DNA of 64,000 bases from Myxococcota bacterium. Lineage in GTDB: Bacteria; Myxococcota_A; Bradymonadia; UBA7976; UBA1532. A program made the translations under genes and the position numbers. Below, in pieces: positions 11,229 to 21,067 of the stretch. The stretch spans positions 35,685-99,684 of the forward strand of contig JAYZEG010000069.1 of assembly GCA_036337435.1 (NCBI GenBank), read 5' to 3'. The notes under the pieces are model-generated. The model did not search any database and was not told the DNA's origin. It saw only the letters and a list, made by a program, of their open reading frames with translations. The stretch's first letter is position 1; the number at the start of each line of letters is the position of its first letter.

Positions 11229-11677
11229 GCCCTCTCCGAACTCGCTAGATGCTTCTCTAGCGGATAAAAATTTCTCAGTCTCTCCAATCTTAGTCCCAGG
11301 TTGATGCCCACGCAATCTAACTTCTGGTCTAAAAAGTGACTCAAAATGTAGTTACTAAGGCGGATGGGGACGCGATCATCCAACTTTTGGCGTCGGCCTT
11401 TTAATTGATTTTTCGGCGTTTTAAGATGTGCTGTACCATCGCGCTTGTGGCACCTGAGTTGCACCACCACGGGACCGAATTTGAACACGAGGTGATTTTT
11501 TGAGGCAGTTCATTCCATTCGAGTTTCAAACCCACCAAACCAAGCCTCAAAAGAACCTGTGATGCGACGAAAGATGATGCTTTTTCAATGCTTCAACGGC
11601 TGCGGCCGATGGAGATCGAATGTTGGGACGAGGCGATTTGTGACACTTTGGTTCTGCCTCGACTCTAGATTGGTGTC

Positions 11678-12265
11678 ATGAATTCGGAAAACTCAGCGAG
11701 CGACGATCTGGCCTTCGCCCGAGCATTATCCGATGCCGAAGCAACAGCCGTATTGGAATTTGATTCCAAGTATCGGCCTGTGATTCTGCATGCATTTAAT
11801 CGGGCCTTCGCACGTTGGAGGCCTTCGCAGCCGGTGGAGGCGGATGATTATGTCCAAGATTTTATTGGATTTTTGTTCGATGACCAGGGGCGGCGTCTCC
11901 GAACTTATTCAGGGCGCGCACGCTTTACCACTTGGCTCTCTACGGTCGCGCTTCGATATTTTCAGCGGCAGTTCTCAAAACGAAGCCGAGATCGTCGTGG
12001 TCATGTCACACTTGCGTTGGTACCAGACCTGGATACCGTCACTCCAGAAGACCATGCCGCTCAGGTTCAGTCCGTCTCCATGCTCAAGCAAGCCATCGCT
12101 GGCCTGCCGGAACATGAGCAGCTTTGTCTCAAACTCTTTTATGTCGATGGTCTCAACGCCACGGACGTGGCCCTGGCAACGGGCCAAAGTAAATCAGCCA
12201 TCAGGATGCGCAAAATGAGGATTTTGGACAAACTGCGTGTTTTGCTCGAGGACGGGGGGGGTTGA
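11678..12265 (+). CDS. ECF-type RNA polymerase sigma factor
   Basis: Region 2 DDYVQD...YSGRARFTTWL and region 4 LPEHEQLCLKLFYVDGL..HTH; 195 aa. Confidence 0.88.
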   Translation: MNSENSASDDLAFARALSDAEATAVLEFDSKYRPVILHAFNRAFARWRPSQPVEADDYVQDFIGFLFDDQGRRLRTYSGRARFTTWLSTVALRYFQRQFSKRSRDRRGHVTLALVPDLDTVTPEDHAAQVQSVSMLKQAIAGLPEHEQLCLKLFYVDGLNATDVALATGQSKSAIRMRKMRILDKLRVLLEDGGG

Positions 12266-13377
12266 TGGGAATGAACCAACTAGAGCATGATTTGGCGGCT
12301 GCACTGAAAGACCATGACGTTGTTGGCGAGCCCCTCAGTGATGAGCGATTCGCTGAAATTGTCGAAGGCGCGGAGATGACCGCAGCTGAAGCGAAATACC
12401 TTTTAGGCTGCCAGGAATCTCGTGAGCTCCTGGTCTTATTGGGGCAGACATTGGCCGAACTGGAGCCCATTGAAAGACAGCCAAGACCGCCCTCATTTAC
12501 GTCCCCCACGCCACCGAAGAGACCGTCCGTCGCCGACGATGGTTTAGGTCGGGGAAGAAAACGCGCATCGGTGGTGTCAGCGAGTGTCTTCTTGTGCGCA
12601 GCCCTTGCTTTTGCCGGTGTAGGCTATGTTGGCTATCAGGTGTTGGTCAAACGCGATGTCGAGCCTACCCTGAAGACAAAGGTTCGACCCGAAACAGGTC
12701 AGGCTGTCCCGACGTCTGGCAACTCTTCGCGTCAAACGTCACCGTCGAAGTCCAATCTAATCAAGGAAGACGAGAGCCGGGTCGCTGAGGGCCAGTCCAT
12801 ACGACCGAGGACTGCACAGGCTGGTTTAAGGGTCGAGAGCCGTACGCACCGGTCGGATGAAAACCGCAAGCCGACAGACCGCCAACACACCTCAGGCCCT
12901 AAATCGAAGGGTCTTAAAAGACCATCGAAGATGACAAGAACAATGGGCTCAGCGCGCACACGCTCATCAGTTCAAAGTGAAAATAAAAAGCCTCATTCGC
13001 AGCCAAACAGGGCGTCGAAACCCAAGGTGAAAAACACAAAGAGCGTTTTTGAGGCGCGTTTGGGCACGCAACGCTTGGAACAGAGACGCGGCCCGATCGA
13101 GGTGACACGGCAGGCTGTTTCAGGACCGAGTCGAGGATTTGGGCAACTCCGGTTAAACAGTAAACCCGCAGCGGAAGTATTCATTGACGGACTTAGGCGC
13201 GGCTGGACGCCGATTATCGATCTCAGACTCCAAGCTGGGCCGCACGACGTCAAGCTGGTCTACAGAAGTCCGCTCGCCGATAAGACTGAAGAGCGATTCA
13301 GGGTGATCATTAAAGCGGACCAAACCTGGGGCACAGTCCGTGACAATCGAAAAAAAGTAGATGAGTCGGTTAAATAG
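12262..13377 (+). CDS. Putative anti-sigma factor: cytoplasmic N-domain, one TM helix, low-complexity linker, C-terminal PEGA-like domain
   Basis: Overlaps the sigma stop codon. TM segment VFLCAALAFAGVGYVGY; PEGA-like GQLRLNSKPAAEVFIDG..GWTP..LQAGPH. Confidence 0.6.
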   Translation: MMGMNQLEHDLAAALKDHDVVGEPLSDERFAEIVEGAEMTAAEAKYLLGCQESRELLVLLGQTLAELEPIERQPRPPSFTSPTPPKRPSVADDGLGRGRKRASVVSASVFLCAALAFAGVGYVGYQVLVKRDVEPTLKTKVRPETGQAVPTSGNSSRQTSPSKSNLIKEDESRVAEGQSIRPRTAQAGLRVESRTHRSDENRKPTDRQHTSGPKSKGLKRPSKMTRTMGSARTRSSVQSENKKPHSQPNRASKPKVKNTKSVFEARLGTQRLEQRRGPIEVTRQAVSGPSRGFGQLRLNSKPAAEVFIDGLRRGWTPIIDLRLQAGPHDVKLVYRSPLADKTEERFRVIIKADQTWGTVRDNRKKVDESVK

Positions 13378-15475
13378 CGCGGCGTCGACGGTGACTTAAT
13401 ACAGCCATCAAGAACCAGAAGAGTGGATTGAGCCCCGTGCCAGCGTGTCCACTGACGACACAGCCTGAGGATTTTGGCCTTCCATTGATGACGATAAACC
13501 CACCGCCATTGGCTACACCCCCATCAGGCGTCGTCTCCGCAAAGCCACAGCCCTCGTCGACGAGCCCATCGCAATCATCGTCTTGTTGGTCCTCGCATCG
13601 CTCACTTGTCCCAGGGTTGATGTCAGGCCTATCATCGCGGCAATCATCTCGTGCGCAGAAACCATCTTGGTCACTATCAACACACGCATCGCATCCCTCG
13701 TCGATGACACCATCACAGTCATCGTCGAGTTGATTGTTACAGGCTTCCGCAGCACCCGGTCGTCGCTGTGAATCTTGGGGCGCGCAATCATCATCGTCGC
13801 AGACAGAGTCATTGTCGGAGTCGGCACACTCTCGCTCACCGACGCACCGACCAAATTCGACCGCTGAGTCTGGATAAAGGTCACACCTTTGGCCGTTGCT
13901 GCAATCGGCATCCTGATAGCAATTCTCGACACAGGTTGTTCCTCCGTTTGCAAATCGGCAAACCGCGCCATCGACGCAAGTTGTTCGTCCCGCAAAACAG
14001 CTTGCACCAATCGGCTGACTTTCGGTTTCTCTGCAGTACGTGGAACCCCATTGTTCGGCTACACATGCGAATTGTGCGGGACAATCCCCTCCTGTCATCC
14101 GGCAATTGTCTGGCGGCAGGCACGCCAGATATTGTGGACGACACGTCTCAAAAATACACGCTTGGCGAGCCAAGTTGTCATTCATCAGGTTGCTGCAGGC
14201 ATTACTTTGACACTCACTCAGTGCCAAAAATAGGTCTTGGCTATCATAACGCCCGGTTTGAAAGCATGTTTGTGCACATGTCGCATCACTACACCTTTGA
14301 ACACAGGCGTACAGCTCAGCGCAGCTGGCCGTACCCTCTTCGCCAAACCCATCGGGTAGACAGAGCTCGGCACTGGCAGCGCATCTATCTCGGATGCAGC
14401 GGGTAGATGGCTCAGGGCAGCGGTCATTCAAACATTGCGAGAATTGATAATAGTGTGATTGAGCCGCTTCGGATCCACTATTCAAACAGTTAAATTGGCA
14501 GCCGCCGGCACTGTCGCAATTCTGAAGGCAATCTGTGATATCACGGCATGTGCCGGTCGCACAGCGCGTATGGTCGCACACACCATTGTTCATACAAGCT
14601 TGGCCGCACAAGCAGACGTCGCCCTGGCTGCAATCTGGCGCAAGCCCCATACGCGCATCGATCCACGTTTGAAAAGCATCCACGCGTGCTTGAAATGACT
14701 GAGTTAGACATGGCGGATTGGTTCCAGCGACGGAGCTGTTGATGCCTACGACACGCCATTGACCGCCGATATTGGCGAGCCCTGGTCCCCCTGAATCTCC
14801 AAAGCAGACGCCTTGCCGGTTGTGGTTTGTGAGATAGGCCGAATACGAGACGCCGCCCATTTCAAGGACGGCACTCTTTTTTTGTCCGGAGTCGCTTTCG
14901 CCATCTGGATTCGACACGCCGTAACCGACATAGGTAATCCCTTGCCCCACAAGATTGTCGATGGGGTCTCGATTGATGGGAAACGGTTCAGCCTCTGCTG
15001 CCTCCGTAAGTCGGACGATGGCAATGTCGTTCAGACTGATCGAAACGGTCTGCCCTTCGTTCCGATCGTATCCTTCATGCATCCAGAACTCGTCAATTTG
15101 ATACAGCGTTCCGCTTCTCATCGGGGCTCCCAGAATGTTGGGTCTTGCATCTGGGCCAGTCATGAAGAACATGTCGTTTGGTCGGAGTCTGAAGCCAAGT
15201 TCTCGTGCTTGCTCTTGGGCCCCAGTGATGCAATGAGCTGCTGTTAGAACCCATCGGGGTGCAATTAAGACAGCACTACAGAAGTGACCGATGAACACCC
15301 CGTTCCGCGCTCTCATGGTCATTGCGCCAACGCCCTCGAAGCCCCGTTCAATCGCACCGTTTACAATGGGCCTTTCTAGGCGAGTTGTCTTGGTTTCCAG
15401 GTTGGAGACAGGTTCACAACCGACCAGACAGCCAATGTAGATTGCGAAGTATGCTAGCCATGTTGTTAACTTCAT
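13370..15475 (-). CDS. S1 (trypsin-like) serine protease with Cys-rich repeats, CxxxDDDCDG motifs and a MYXO-CTERM-like tail
   Basis: IVNG mature N-terminus; catalytic LTAAHC, NDIAI and GDSGGP; C-terminal SGC...hydrophobic...RRRR. Confidence 0.88.
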   Translation of the reverse strand: MKLTTWLAYFAIYIGCLVGCEPVSNLETKTTRLERPIVNGAIERGFEGVGAMTMRARNGVFIGHFCSAVLIAPRWVLTAAHCITGAQEQARELGFRLRPNDMFFMTGPDARPNILGAPMRSGTLYQIDEFWMHEGYDRNEGQTVSISLNDIAIVRLTEAAEAEPFPINRDPIDNLVGQGITYVGYGVSNPDGESDSGQKKSAVLEMGGVSYSAYLTNHNRQGVCFGDSGGPGLANIGGQWRVVGINSSVAGTNPPCLTQSFQARVDAFQTWIDARMGLAPDCSQGDVCLCGQACMNNGVCDHTRCATGTCRDITDCLQNCDSAGGCQFNCLNSGSEAAQSHYYQFSQCLNDRCPEPSTRCIRDRCAASAELCLPDGFGEEGTASCAELYACVQRCSDATCAQTCFQTGRYDSQDLFLALSECQSNACSNLMNDNLARQACIFETCRPQYLACLPPDNCRMTGGDCPAQFACVAEQWGSTYCRETESQPIGASCFAGRTTCVDGAVCRFANGGTTCVENCYQDADCSNGQRCDLYPDSAVEFGRCVGERECADSDNDSVCDDDDCAPQDSQRRPGAAEACNNQLDDDCDGVIDEGCDACVDSDQDGFCARDDCRDDRPDINPGTSERCEDQQDDDCDGLVDEGCGFAETTPDGGVANGGGFIVINGRPKSSGCVVSGHAGTGLNPLFWFLMAVLSHRRRRAI

Positions 15476-15944
15476 CGATGACTCCTAAACACAGTTCGCT
15501 TGGGCGTTCTGGTTTAACCTAGTTTGACCGTCCGAGTCCAGGCTTCTAAACGTTGCGAGTCGACACTGGTGTCGATTCATCTTTTGGCAAAAAGGTCCGG
15601 ATCGTTCCCCATCTGAAGGTCTAAATTAACGATTCGAAATGACATCGTCCCCTAGACGAACAGATTCCCAAAACCGACCACGAGCAGGTCACGGGCTCGA
15701 GGTGGTCTCTGAATACCCCAGCTGTCGAGGTCTCACAGGTGGGTCTTGATGACCTCATGCCCAGGCCTCGTTTTGTCTGAAAAAAGAGGTCCAAGTCAAC
15801 AATCTCGATTTGCCGCAGACCGCTTGGTCTGGCATTATTCTTGTATTGCATAGCCCACAAGAAATCTGGGTGAACACATTTGGTGAAATAGAGACGCCGG
15901 TGACCAGCCTGTAAGAGCGAGGTCGGTGGTGATGGGAGTTGGTT

Positions 15945-18473
15945 GTGAAGCGATTGCAAGTCCACGTAGCGATGCTGGTGATGCTGTGTGTACCACTAGA
16001 AGCGAGCGCATTGCTCACGCCCTTTGGCATCGAAGTCAACACGGCAATCGAACGGGGTCTAGATAACCTCCGCAACTCTCAGGGAGGCAATGGTGGCTGG
16101 GGCGAGCCAACTGGACTCGCGATCTTGTGCTTCTTGGAGCGTCGGGCTGGACCGGATTGGAATGCGCCGGCCGTCGGCTATGCGGGCATGAATAACGAAG
16201 ATAAAGACCGCGTGCAGCGCGGAATCCGTTACTGCATGAACTCGATCCCGGGATTCAATAACGATACGCCCAATTCGTATCAGACGGGCTCCTGCCTGAT
16301 GGGCATGAGCCTCTACCTGGTGACGGGAGGCCCTGACAACGTCAACGGCAACATGCCGGTGAGTGAGGCCATCCGAAATGGCGTCAATGCTCTTCAGCGG
16401 ACTCAGGGGCGACAGGGGTCAAATCAAGGTGGTTGGAACTACACAACGCCAGACAACAGCGGAGATTTGTCGACAGCTCAATTTTCCATGGCTGGCCTAT
16501 CTGCAGCAGCAGCATTAATTCCAAATGCTGACTCAACACTACCGAACGCAGCTCAGTTCATACGAAATACGCAAAACGGGGACGGTGGGCATAAATACCG
16601 AAGTGGTGGAAACTATCGGTCCACGTCGACCATGAGCGCCTCAGGTCTTTGGACCTACCGGCTTGCCGGCCGTGTCACTGGCGATGGAGACGTTCAGCGC
16701 AGTTTGAGCTGGATGCGCAACAACTATCGATACGACAGCATTATTCAGATCAACGGCTGGCCCGGCCAATATTATTATCTCTGGGCCGCGGCCAAAGGGT
16801 TTGAGGTGACCGGCGATGATGGCAGCGGAAATTTCCTGTTCTCGGAAGAGATCGGTGGGGTTCGTGATCCGGCTGCAGATGGCTATCCGGAAGAATCGCC
16901 ACGTTGGTATTATGATTTCGCATGGTGGCTCGTCAATAACCAAAACGGAAATGGGGGCTGGTCAAATCCACGGGCCTGGAACAATACATCAGCAACGGCG
17001 TTTTCAATTCTCGTTCTCCAGCGGTCGCTTGGGGGTGTTTGTATCATCGACCAAGACGACGATGGGCTGTGTAATGTCGAGGACAACTGTCCCGATATCG
17101 CCAACCCAGATCAGGCAGACCAAGACGGTGATGGCGTTGGTGACCCTTGTGATAATTGTCCGGATGTCGAAAATCCTGACCAGCTCGATGAAGACGGCGA
17201 TACGATTGGTGATGCCTGCGACCCATATGTCTGTACGCCAGATGGAATGGAAGACCTGTGTGATGGACTCGACAACGATTGTGACGAACGCATTGATGAA
17301 GGGCCCAACGGGGCTGGTGCCGTCGCGCCTGGACCGTGCGCAACGGGGCAGACAGGCCTCTGTGCTGAAGGCACGCGTGCATGCATCGATGGGATGATCG
17401 TATGTAACCCAAATTTCAGTCCCGCAGAAGAAGTCTGCGACGGCCTGGACAACGATTGTGACCAACTGATCGATGAAAATCTGATCGGTGCGTGTGGACG
17501 GTGTACGGACCTCGATGAAGAACTGTGCAATGGTATCGACGATGATTGTGATGGCGAAACCGATGAGGACGACCCATGTCCCGACAATGAAGTCTGCTTC
17601 GAGGGTGAATGTCGTGACCCATGCGCGGGCAACGAATGTTTGGGTGAAGGCCTAATTTGTAATCGCGCCGAAAACTTATGTACGCGGCCCTGTGATGGCG
17701 TGGTGTGCCCACTCGGCCAGGTTTGTGACCCGATGACTGCCCAATGCACTGATCCATGTGCTGGCGCGCCCGCCTGTCCCGAAGGCCAGAGGTGCTGGCT
17801 TGGTGAATGTCAACCCGACGATTGTGTCACGACCGGCTGCGCTGATGGATCCATTTGCAACGGTGTAGAGTGTGTTCCTGATCCATGTGCATCTGCGGAC
17901 TGCGACTTGGGTGAGTTTTGTCGAGATGGGCAGTGCATCCCCAGTTGTGCCGAGGTGGCTTGCCCACTCTTTGAATCCTGCGTTGATGGAGCGTGTGAAC
18001 CGGATCCGTGTGGTGGCGTTCGTTGTCCCGAGGGTCAAGCTTGTGTCCTAGGCGATTGTATCGGAGACCCTTGCGCCGGTGTTGACTGTCGAGATGGTGA
18101 GACCTGTGTGGACGGAGAATGCATATTTAACGGATGCCGAGACCAAGATTGTCCTCCAGGGCAGGTCTGCATTGTCGTCAATGGCAGTCGACAGTGTGTC
18201 TATGAGCATCGGTCAGACCCACCACTTACGCCCGGGCCTGAGCGCGATGCTGGAATGCCACTTGACTCGGCCTTCGATTCCACCGTTGGAAATAACCCAG
18301 GTGCTTTCGATTCAGGTCTACAGAATCCAACGCCAAACACCCCTGCCGCGGCCGAACCGGAAGCTGTATCCGGGTGCAATTGTGACCTTCAATCCTCCAG
18401 CGGAAGTGGGTTGAGTTGGTGGGCTCTGCTCATGATTTTGGGACTTCGTGCCCTATGGCGTCGAGAGGCCTAG
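15945..18473 (+). CDS. Surface protein: prenyltransferase/squalene-cyclase-like QW-repeat barrel, TSP3 repeats, DNDCD motifs, Cys-rich repeats, MYXO-CTERM-like tail
   Basis: Signal peptide; QGGNGGW, NQGGWNY, QNGDGG and QNGNGGW; DNCPDxxNPDQxDxDGDxxGDxC twice; CDGLDNDCD twice plus CNGIDDDCD; SGCNC...WWALL...RR. GTG start at 15945 follows GGAG. Confidence 0.8.
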   Translation: MKRLQVHVAMLVMLCVPLEASALLTPFGIEVNTAIERGLDNLRNSQGGNGGWGEPTGLAILCFLERRAGPDWNAPAVGYAGMNNEDKDRVQRGIRYCMNSIPGFNNDTPNSYQTGSCLMGMSLYLVTGGPDNVNGNMPVSEAIRNGVNALQRTQGRQGSNQGGWNYTTPDNSGDLSTAQFSMAGLSAAAALIPNADSTLPNAAQFIRNTQNGDGGHKYRSGGNYRSTSTMSASGLWTYRLAGRVTGDGDVQRSLSWMRNNYRYDSIIQINGWPGQYYYLWAAAKGFEVTGDDGSGNFLFSEEIGGVRDPAADGYPEESPRWYYDFAWWLVNNQNGNGGWSNPRAWNNTSATAFSILVLQRSLGGVCIIDQDDDGLCNVEDNCPDIANPDQADQDGDGVGDPCDNCPDVENPDQLDEDGDTIGDACDPYVCTPDGMEDLCDGLDNDCDERIDEGPNGAGAVAPGPCATGQTGLCAEGTRACIDGMIVCNPNFSPAEEVCDGLDNDCDQLIDENLIGACGRCTDLDEELCNGIDDDCDGETDEDDPCPDNEVCFEGECRDPCAGNECLGEGLICNRAENLCTRPCDGVVCPLGQVCDPMTAQCTDPCAGAPACPEGQRCWLGECQPDDCVTTGCADGSICNGVECVPDPCASADCDLGEFCRDGQCIPSCAEVACPLFESCVDGACEPDPCGGVRCPEGQACVLGDCIGDPCAGVDCRDGETCVDGECIFNGCRDQDCPPGQVCIVVNGSRQCVYEHRSDPPLTPGPERDAGMPLDSAFDSTVGNNPGAFDSGLQNPTPNTPAAAEPEAVSGCNCDLQSSSGSGLSWWALLMILGLRALWRREA

Positions 18474-18491
18474 CCACCTGTATAAAGGCAT

Positions 18492-19262
18492 CTAGTTGCC
18501 GGTGCCGATCTGGGCGACATGCTCACTTCTAATCCATGCGCCCTGTCCGTTAGGTAGTGTGACTTGCTGCCACTTACCGTCCTCGCCGCCGAGCCTGACT
18601 TTGACGCTATTGGAGACTTGTGCCTGGGTATCATATTGCTGCCCAGGCCCGCGGTACGCCGTTGTATCGTCGAGAAGAACCCCATATCTAGCATCGTCAA
18701 TAATGTAACTTCGAGAGATCAGTAGCCCACCGGCGCAGGTAGCGACGAGGCCCGTGATAATCAGCACGAGGCTCAGGCTTGCTCTTCGACGCGCCGTGCT
18801 CATGAGTAAATACCAACACGAAAATAAGAGGCACCACGAGACAGCAAATGCGATTCGAATCGGCGTCAGCGGGATTGAAGAAAGCAGACCTGTACCCAAA
18901 TCGTCGGAACCAGGTAGAACCAATGTACCGGCTTGTGAACGGGCCAGTGCTTTATCTAGAACCCATGCTTTGACAGCATCGAGATTGAAGCGCGCATCTT
19001 TGTGGTCAGGTTGCAGCCAAAGAGCTGTTTCTAGTGCATGGGTTGCTTGTCCCATACGGCCCGCTTGTGCTTCAGCAGTCCCTAAATTGAACCATAAATC
19101 GGCTTGCCTCGGATGCGTCTCGATGAGGCTGCGATAGGTTGCCGCAGCCGTGCCAAATTTACCCGACCAAAACGATTTTTGAGCGCGTTCGAGTCCCGGA
19201 GATGCGCTTGCCAAACCGACCCAATAGACGATTGCCAGGCAAAAGCCCAAAACGTACTTCAT
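18492..19262 (-). CDS. BatE-like TPR + SH3-like protein
   Basis: Signal peptide, TPR (WFNLGTA...DARFNL), two TM helices, SH3b-like end (GPG...WQQV.LPNG.GAWI); last gene of the Bat operon. Confidence 0.75.
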   Translation of the reverse strand: MKYVLGFCLAIVYWVGLASASPGLERAQKSFWSGKFGTAAATYRSLIETHPRQADLWFNLGTAEAQAGRMGQATHALETALWLQPDHKDARFNLDAVKAWVLDKALARSQAGTLVLPGSDDLGTGLLSSIPLTPIRIAFAVSWCLLFSCWYLLMSTARRRASLSLVLIITGLVATCAGGLLISRSYIIDDARYGVLLDDTTAYRGPGQQYDTQAQVSNSVKVRLGGEDGKWQQVTLPNGQGAWIRSEHVAQIGTGN

Positions 19263-21058
19263 TGACCTTCGGCCTCCATCTGGCTAATCAATTCATTGAC
19301 TCGCTGCACAGTTTGTTGAAGGTCACCGGCGTCACCGGCTCGTGCGAAACGAGCAAACTCAATGGCTTCCATCTGTTCTGTCAATCCGCGGGCTGTCGCT
19401 TTCGATACGCCAGTTTTCATTAAGAGCGTCGTGATTTGGTCAAATGTCTTACCTTTAATGTTCACTTGAAAGCGCTGGCTAACGAAATCCACAACGATCG
19501 AATGCGTTTTTCTGTACCCATCAGCCAAATCTTTAGATTTGCTGATCTGAGCCAGGCGCTGCTTGGCTGCACTGCCCGCATTCTTTGCAGCCCGCTCATC
19601 GGCCGTTGCAAATCGATGTTTGCGAACCATGCCGAGGAGCAACATCAGCATAAAAACAGCAGGCGTGCCAGCGACCACACTCATAAACCAGGTGGGTGTC
19701 CGACTCCCCGATGCAGCCACATCCAGATCGATCGAGTCTCGTATTGAGTGAAGCTTGATCTCTTTTCGGCTCGATCCATCTGTTGACCCGTCTCCCATTT
19801 TTGGCTGACTTTGTCCGGTCACTTGGACAGTATACTGTTGCGTTCGAGCGGTTTTATAACGACCCGTTCCAGGGTCGAAATAGGCCAATTTGAGCGATGG
19901 TATGACCATTTTACCCGCTTGGTTTGGCCGAACAAGCCAGACCTGTTTTCGGATATTTATTTTCCGTTGGCCCCGTTGAATCGATTGGGTTTTGGTTGGC
20001 GATGGAAATACTCGATAAGTTGGGCTATCAGGTAACTTGAATTCCGGCACGTTGGCAATCAAGCCCTCCATTCTGAGTTCGACGCTTAACTCAACACCCT
20101 CCGTAGCCTTAATCCGCCTTCGATCAATGCGCCCTCGCAATCGGGTTTTACCCACTACGATGCCCCGATAGTTTTTTGGGCGTCCAGCTTTGGGTAGGGG
20201 ACGGACTTCAATATCGAGTTTTGGCGCCGCCCGGTTAATGGTCTGCGCTCGACCTCGGCGAAAGAATCCTCCGGATGACAATTCTATCTGGGCTTCAATG
20301 GGAGGCAGACTTAACTGTCCAGAACGCATCGGATAAAGGGTATACTGCGCGATGGAGTCTTTAATGAAAGCATACTCACCGATTTGAACTCGTTGGGCCC
20401 GACCTGATTCCCCCTTGGACTCTTCATTCCAGAATCCCGAGAGGTCAATTTTTCCTGGGTCAAGGCGACTGACCCGAAGTCCCTGGCGATAGTGAATATA
20501 GAGTTGAGCTTGGATAGGTTCGCCCAGCCATACTGCACTGCGGTCGATTTCCCATGTAAGGAAAGCATACTCATCAGGTGCACCGCCTGTTGGTGCCGAA
20601 TCATCCGACGGATTTGTTGTCGATGATTGGCCGCCGGAGGGTGGTGAACCGGTTTGCCCACCTGCTTGGGTTACTGTGACGATGACCGATTCTGACTTAT
20701 ACCGCTTCTGCCCAACCTTCAGCGAAAAGGGAGAAATTTTAAGTTGACCGGTTTTGCTCGGTTGCAACTGTAGGTCGAGAATCGTGATCTTCTGCTGTCT
20801 GCTGGAGTCGTAGGTTGTCCGCTTGAATTGACCAACGACCGTCCAGTCGAGAAGAGATGGGGCTTCAAGGGAACCTTGATTATTGGATTGGCCCTGAATT
20901 GCAACTTGAACATTCACGGTGACCGTTTGACCGATTTCGATCCGCTTGGGAGAGACGCTTACGTTGAGTGATGTCTCGGCCTGTCCGACCAGTGGAGCGA
21001 ACAAGACTGCCCACATAACAAGAAAGCGTCTGCGAATGTTCGAAAGTGCCACCGACAT
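19259..21058 (-). CDS. batD: BatD family protein
   Basis: Signal peptide, repeated beta-sandwich units (P.K.G.L.I, LAYFDP.TG.Y), C-terminal TM helix, and operon context. Confidence 0.8.
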   Translation of the reverse strand: MSVALSNIRRRFLVMWAVLFAPLVGQAETSLNVSVSPKRIEIGQTVTVNVQVAIQGQSNNQGSLEAPSLLDWTVVGQFKRTTYDSSRQQKITILDLQLQPSKTGQLKISPFSLKVGQKRYKSESVIVTVTQAGGQTGSPPSGGQSSTTNPSDDSAPTGGAPDEYAFLTWEIDRSAVWLGEPIQAQLYIHYRQGLRVSRLDPGKIDLSGFWNEESKGESGRAQRVQIGEYAFIKDSIAQYTLYPMRSGQLSLPPIEAQIELSSGGFFRRGRAQTINRAAPKLDIEVRPLPKAGRPKNYRGIVVGKTRLRGRIDRRRIKATEGVELSVELRMEGLIANVPEFKLPDSPTYRVFPSPTKTQSIQRGQRKINIRKQVWLVRPNQAGKMVIPSLKLAYFDPGTGRYKTARTQQYTVQVTGQSQPKMGDGSTDGSSRKEIKLHSIRDSIDLDVAASGSRTPTWFMSVVAGTPAVFMLMLLLGMVRKHRFATADERAAKNAGSAAKQRLAQISKSKDLADGYRKTHSIVVDFVSQRFQVNIKGKTFDQITTLLMKTGVSKATARGLTEQMEAIEFARFARAGDAGDLQQTVQRVNELISQMEAEGQ

Positions 21059-21067
21059 CTGTTTTGC

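Noticed and set aside
17111..17749. Ser-rich antisense ORF
   Set aside because: Reverse complement of Asp/Cys-rich repeats; no independent coding signal.
15945..18473. TraA/TraB kin-recognition or alpha-2-macroglobulin-type thioester protein
   Set aside because: No PA14-like domain or adjacent OmpA-type traB gene is recognisable, and there is no CxEQ motif.
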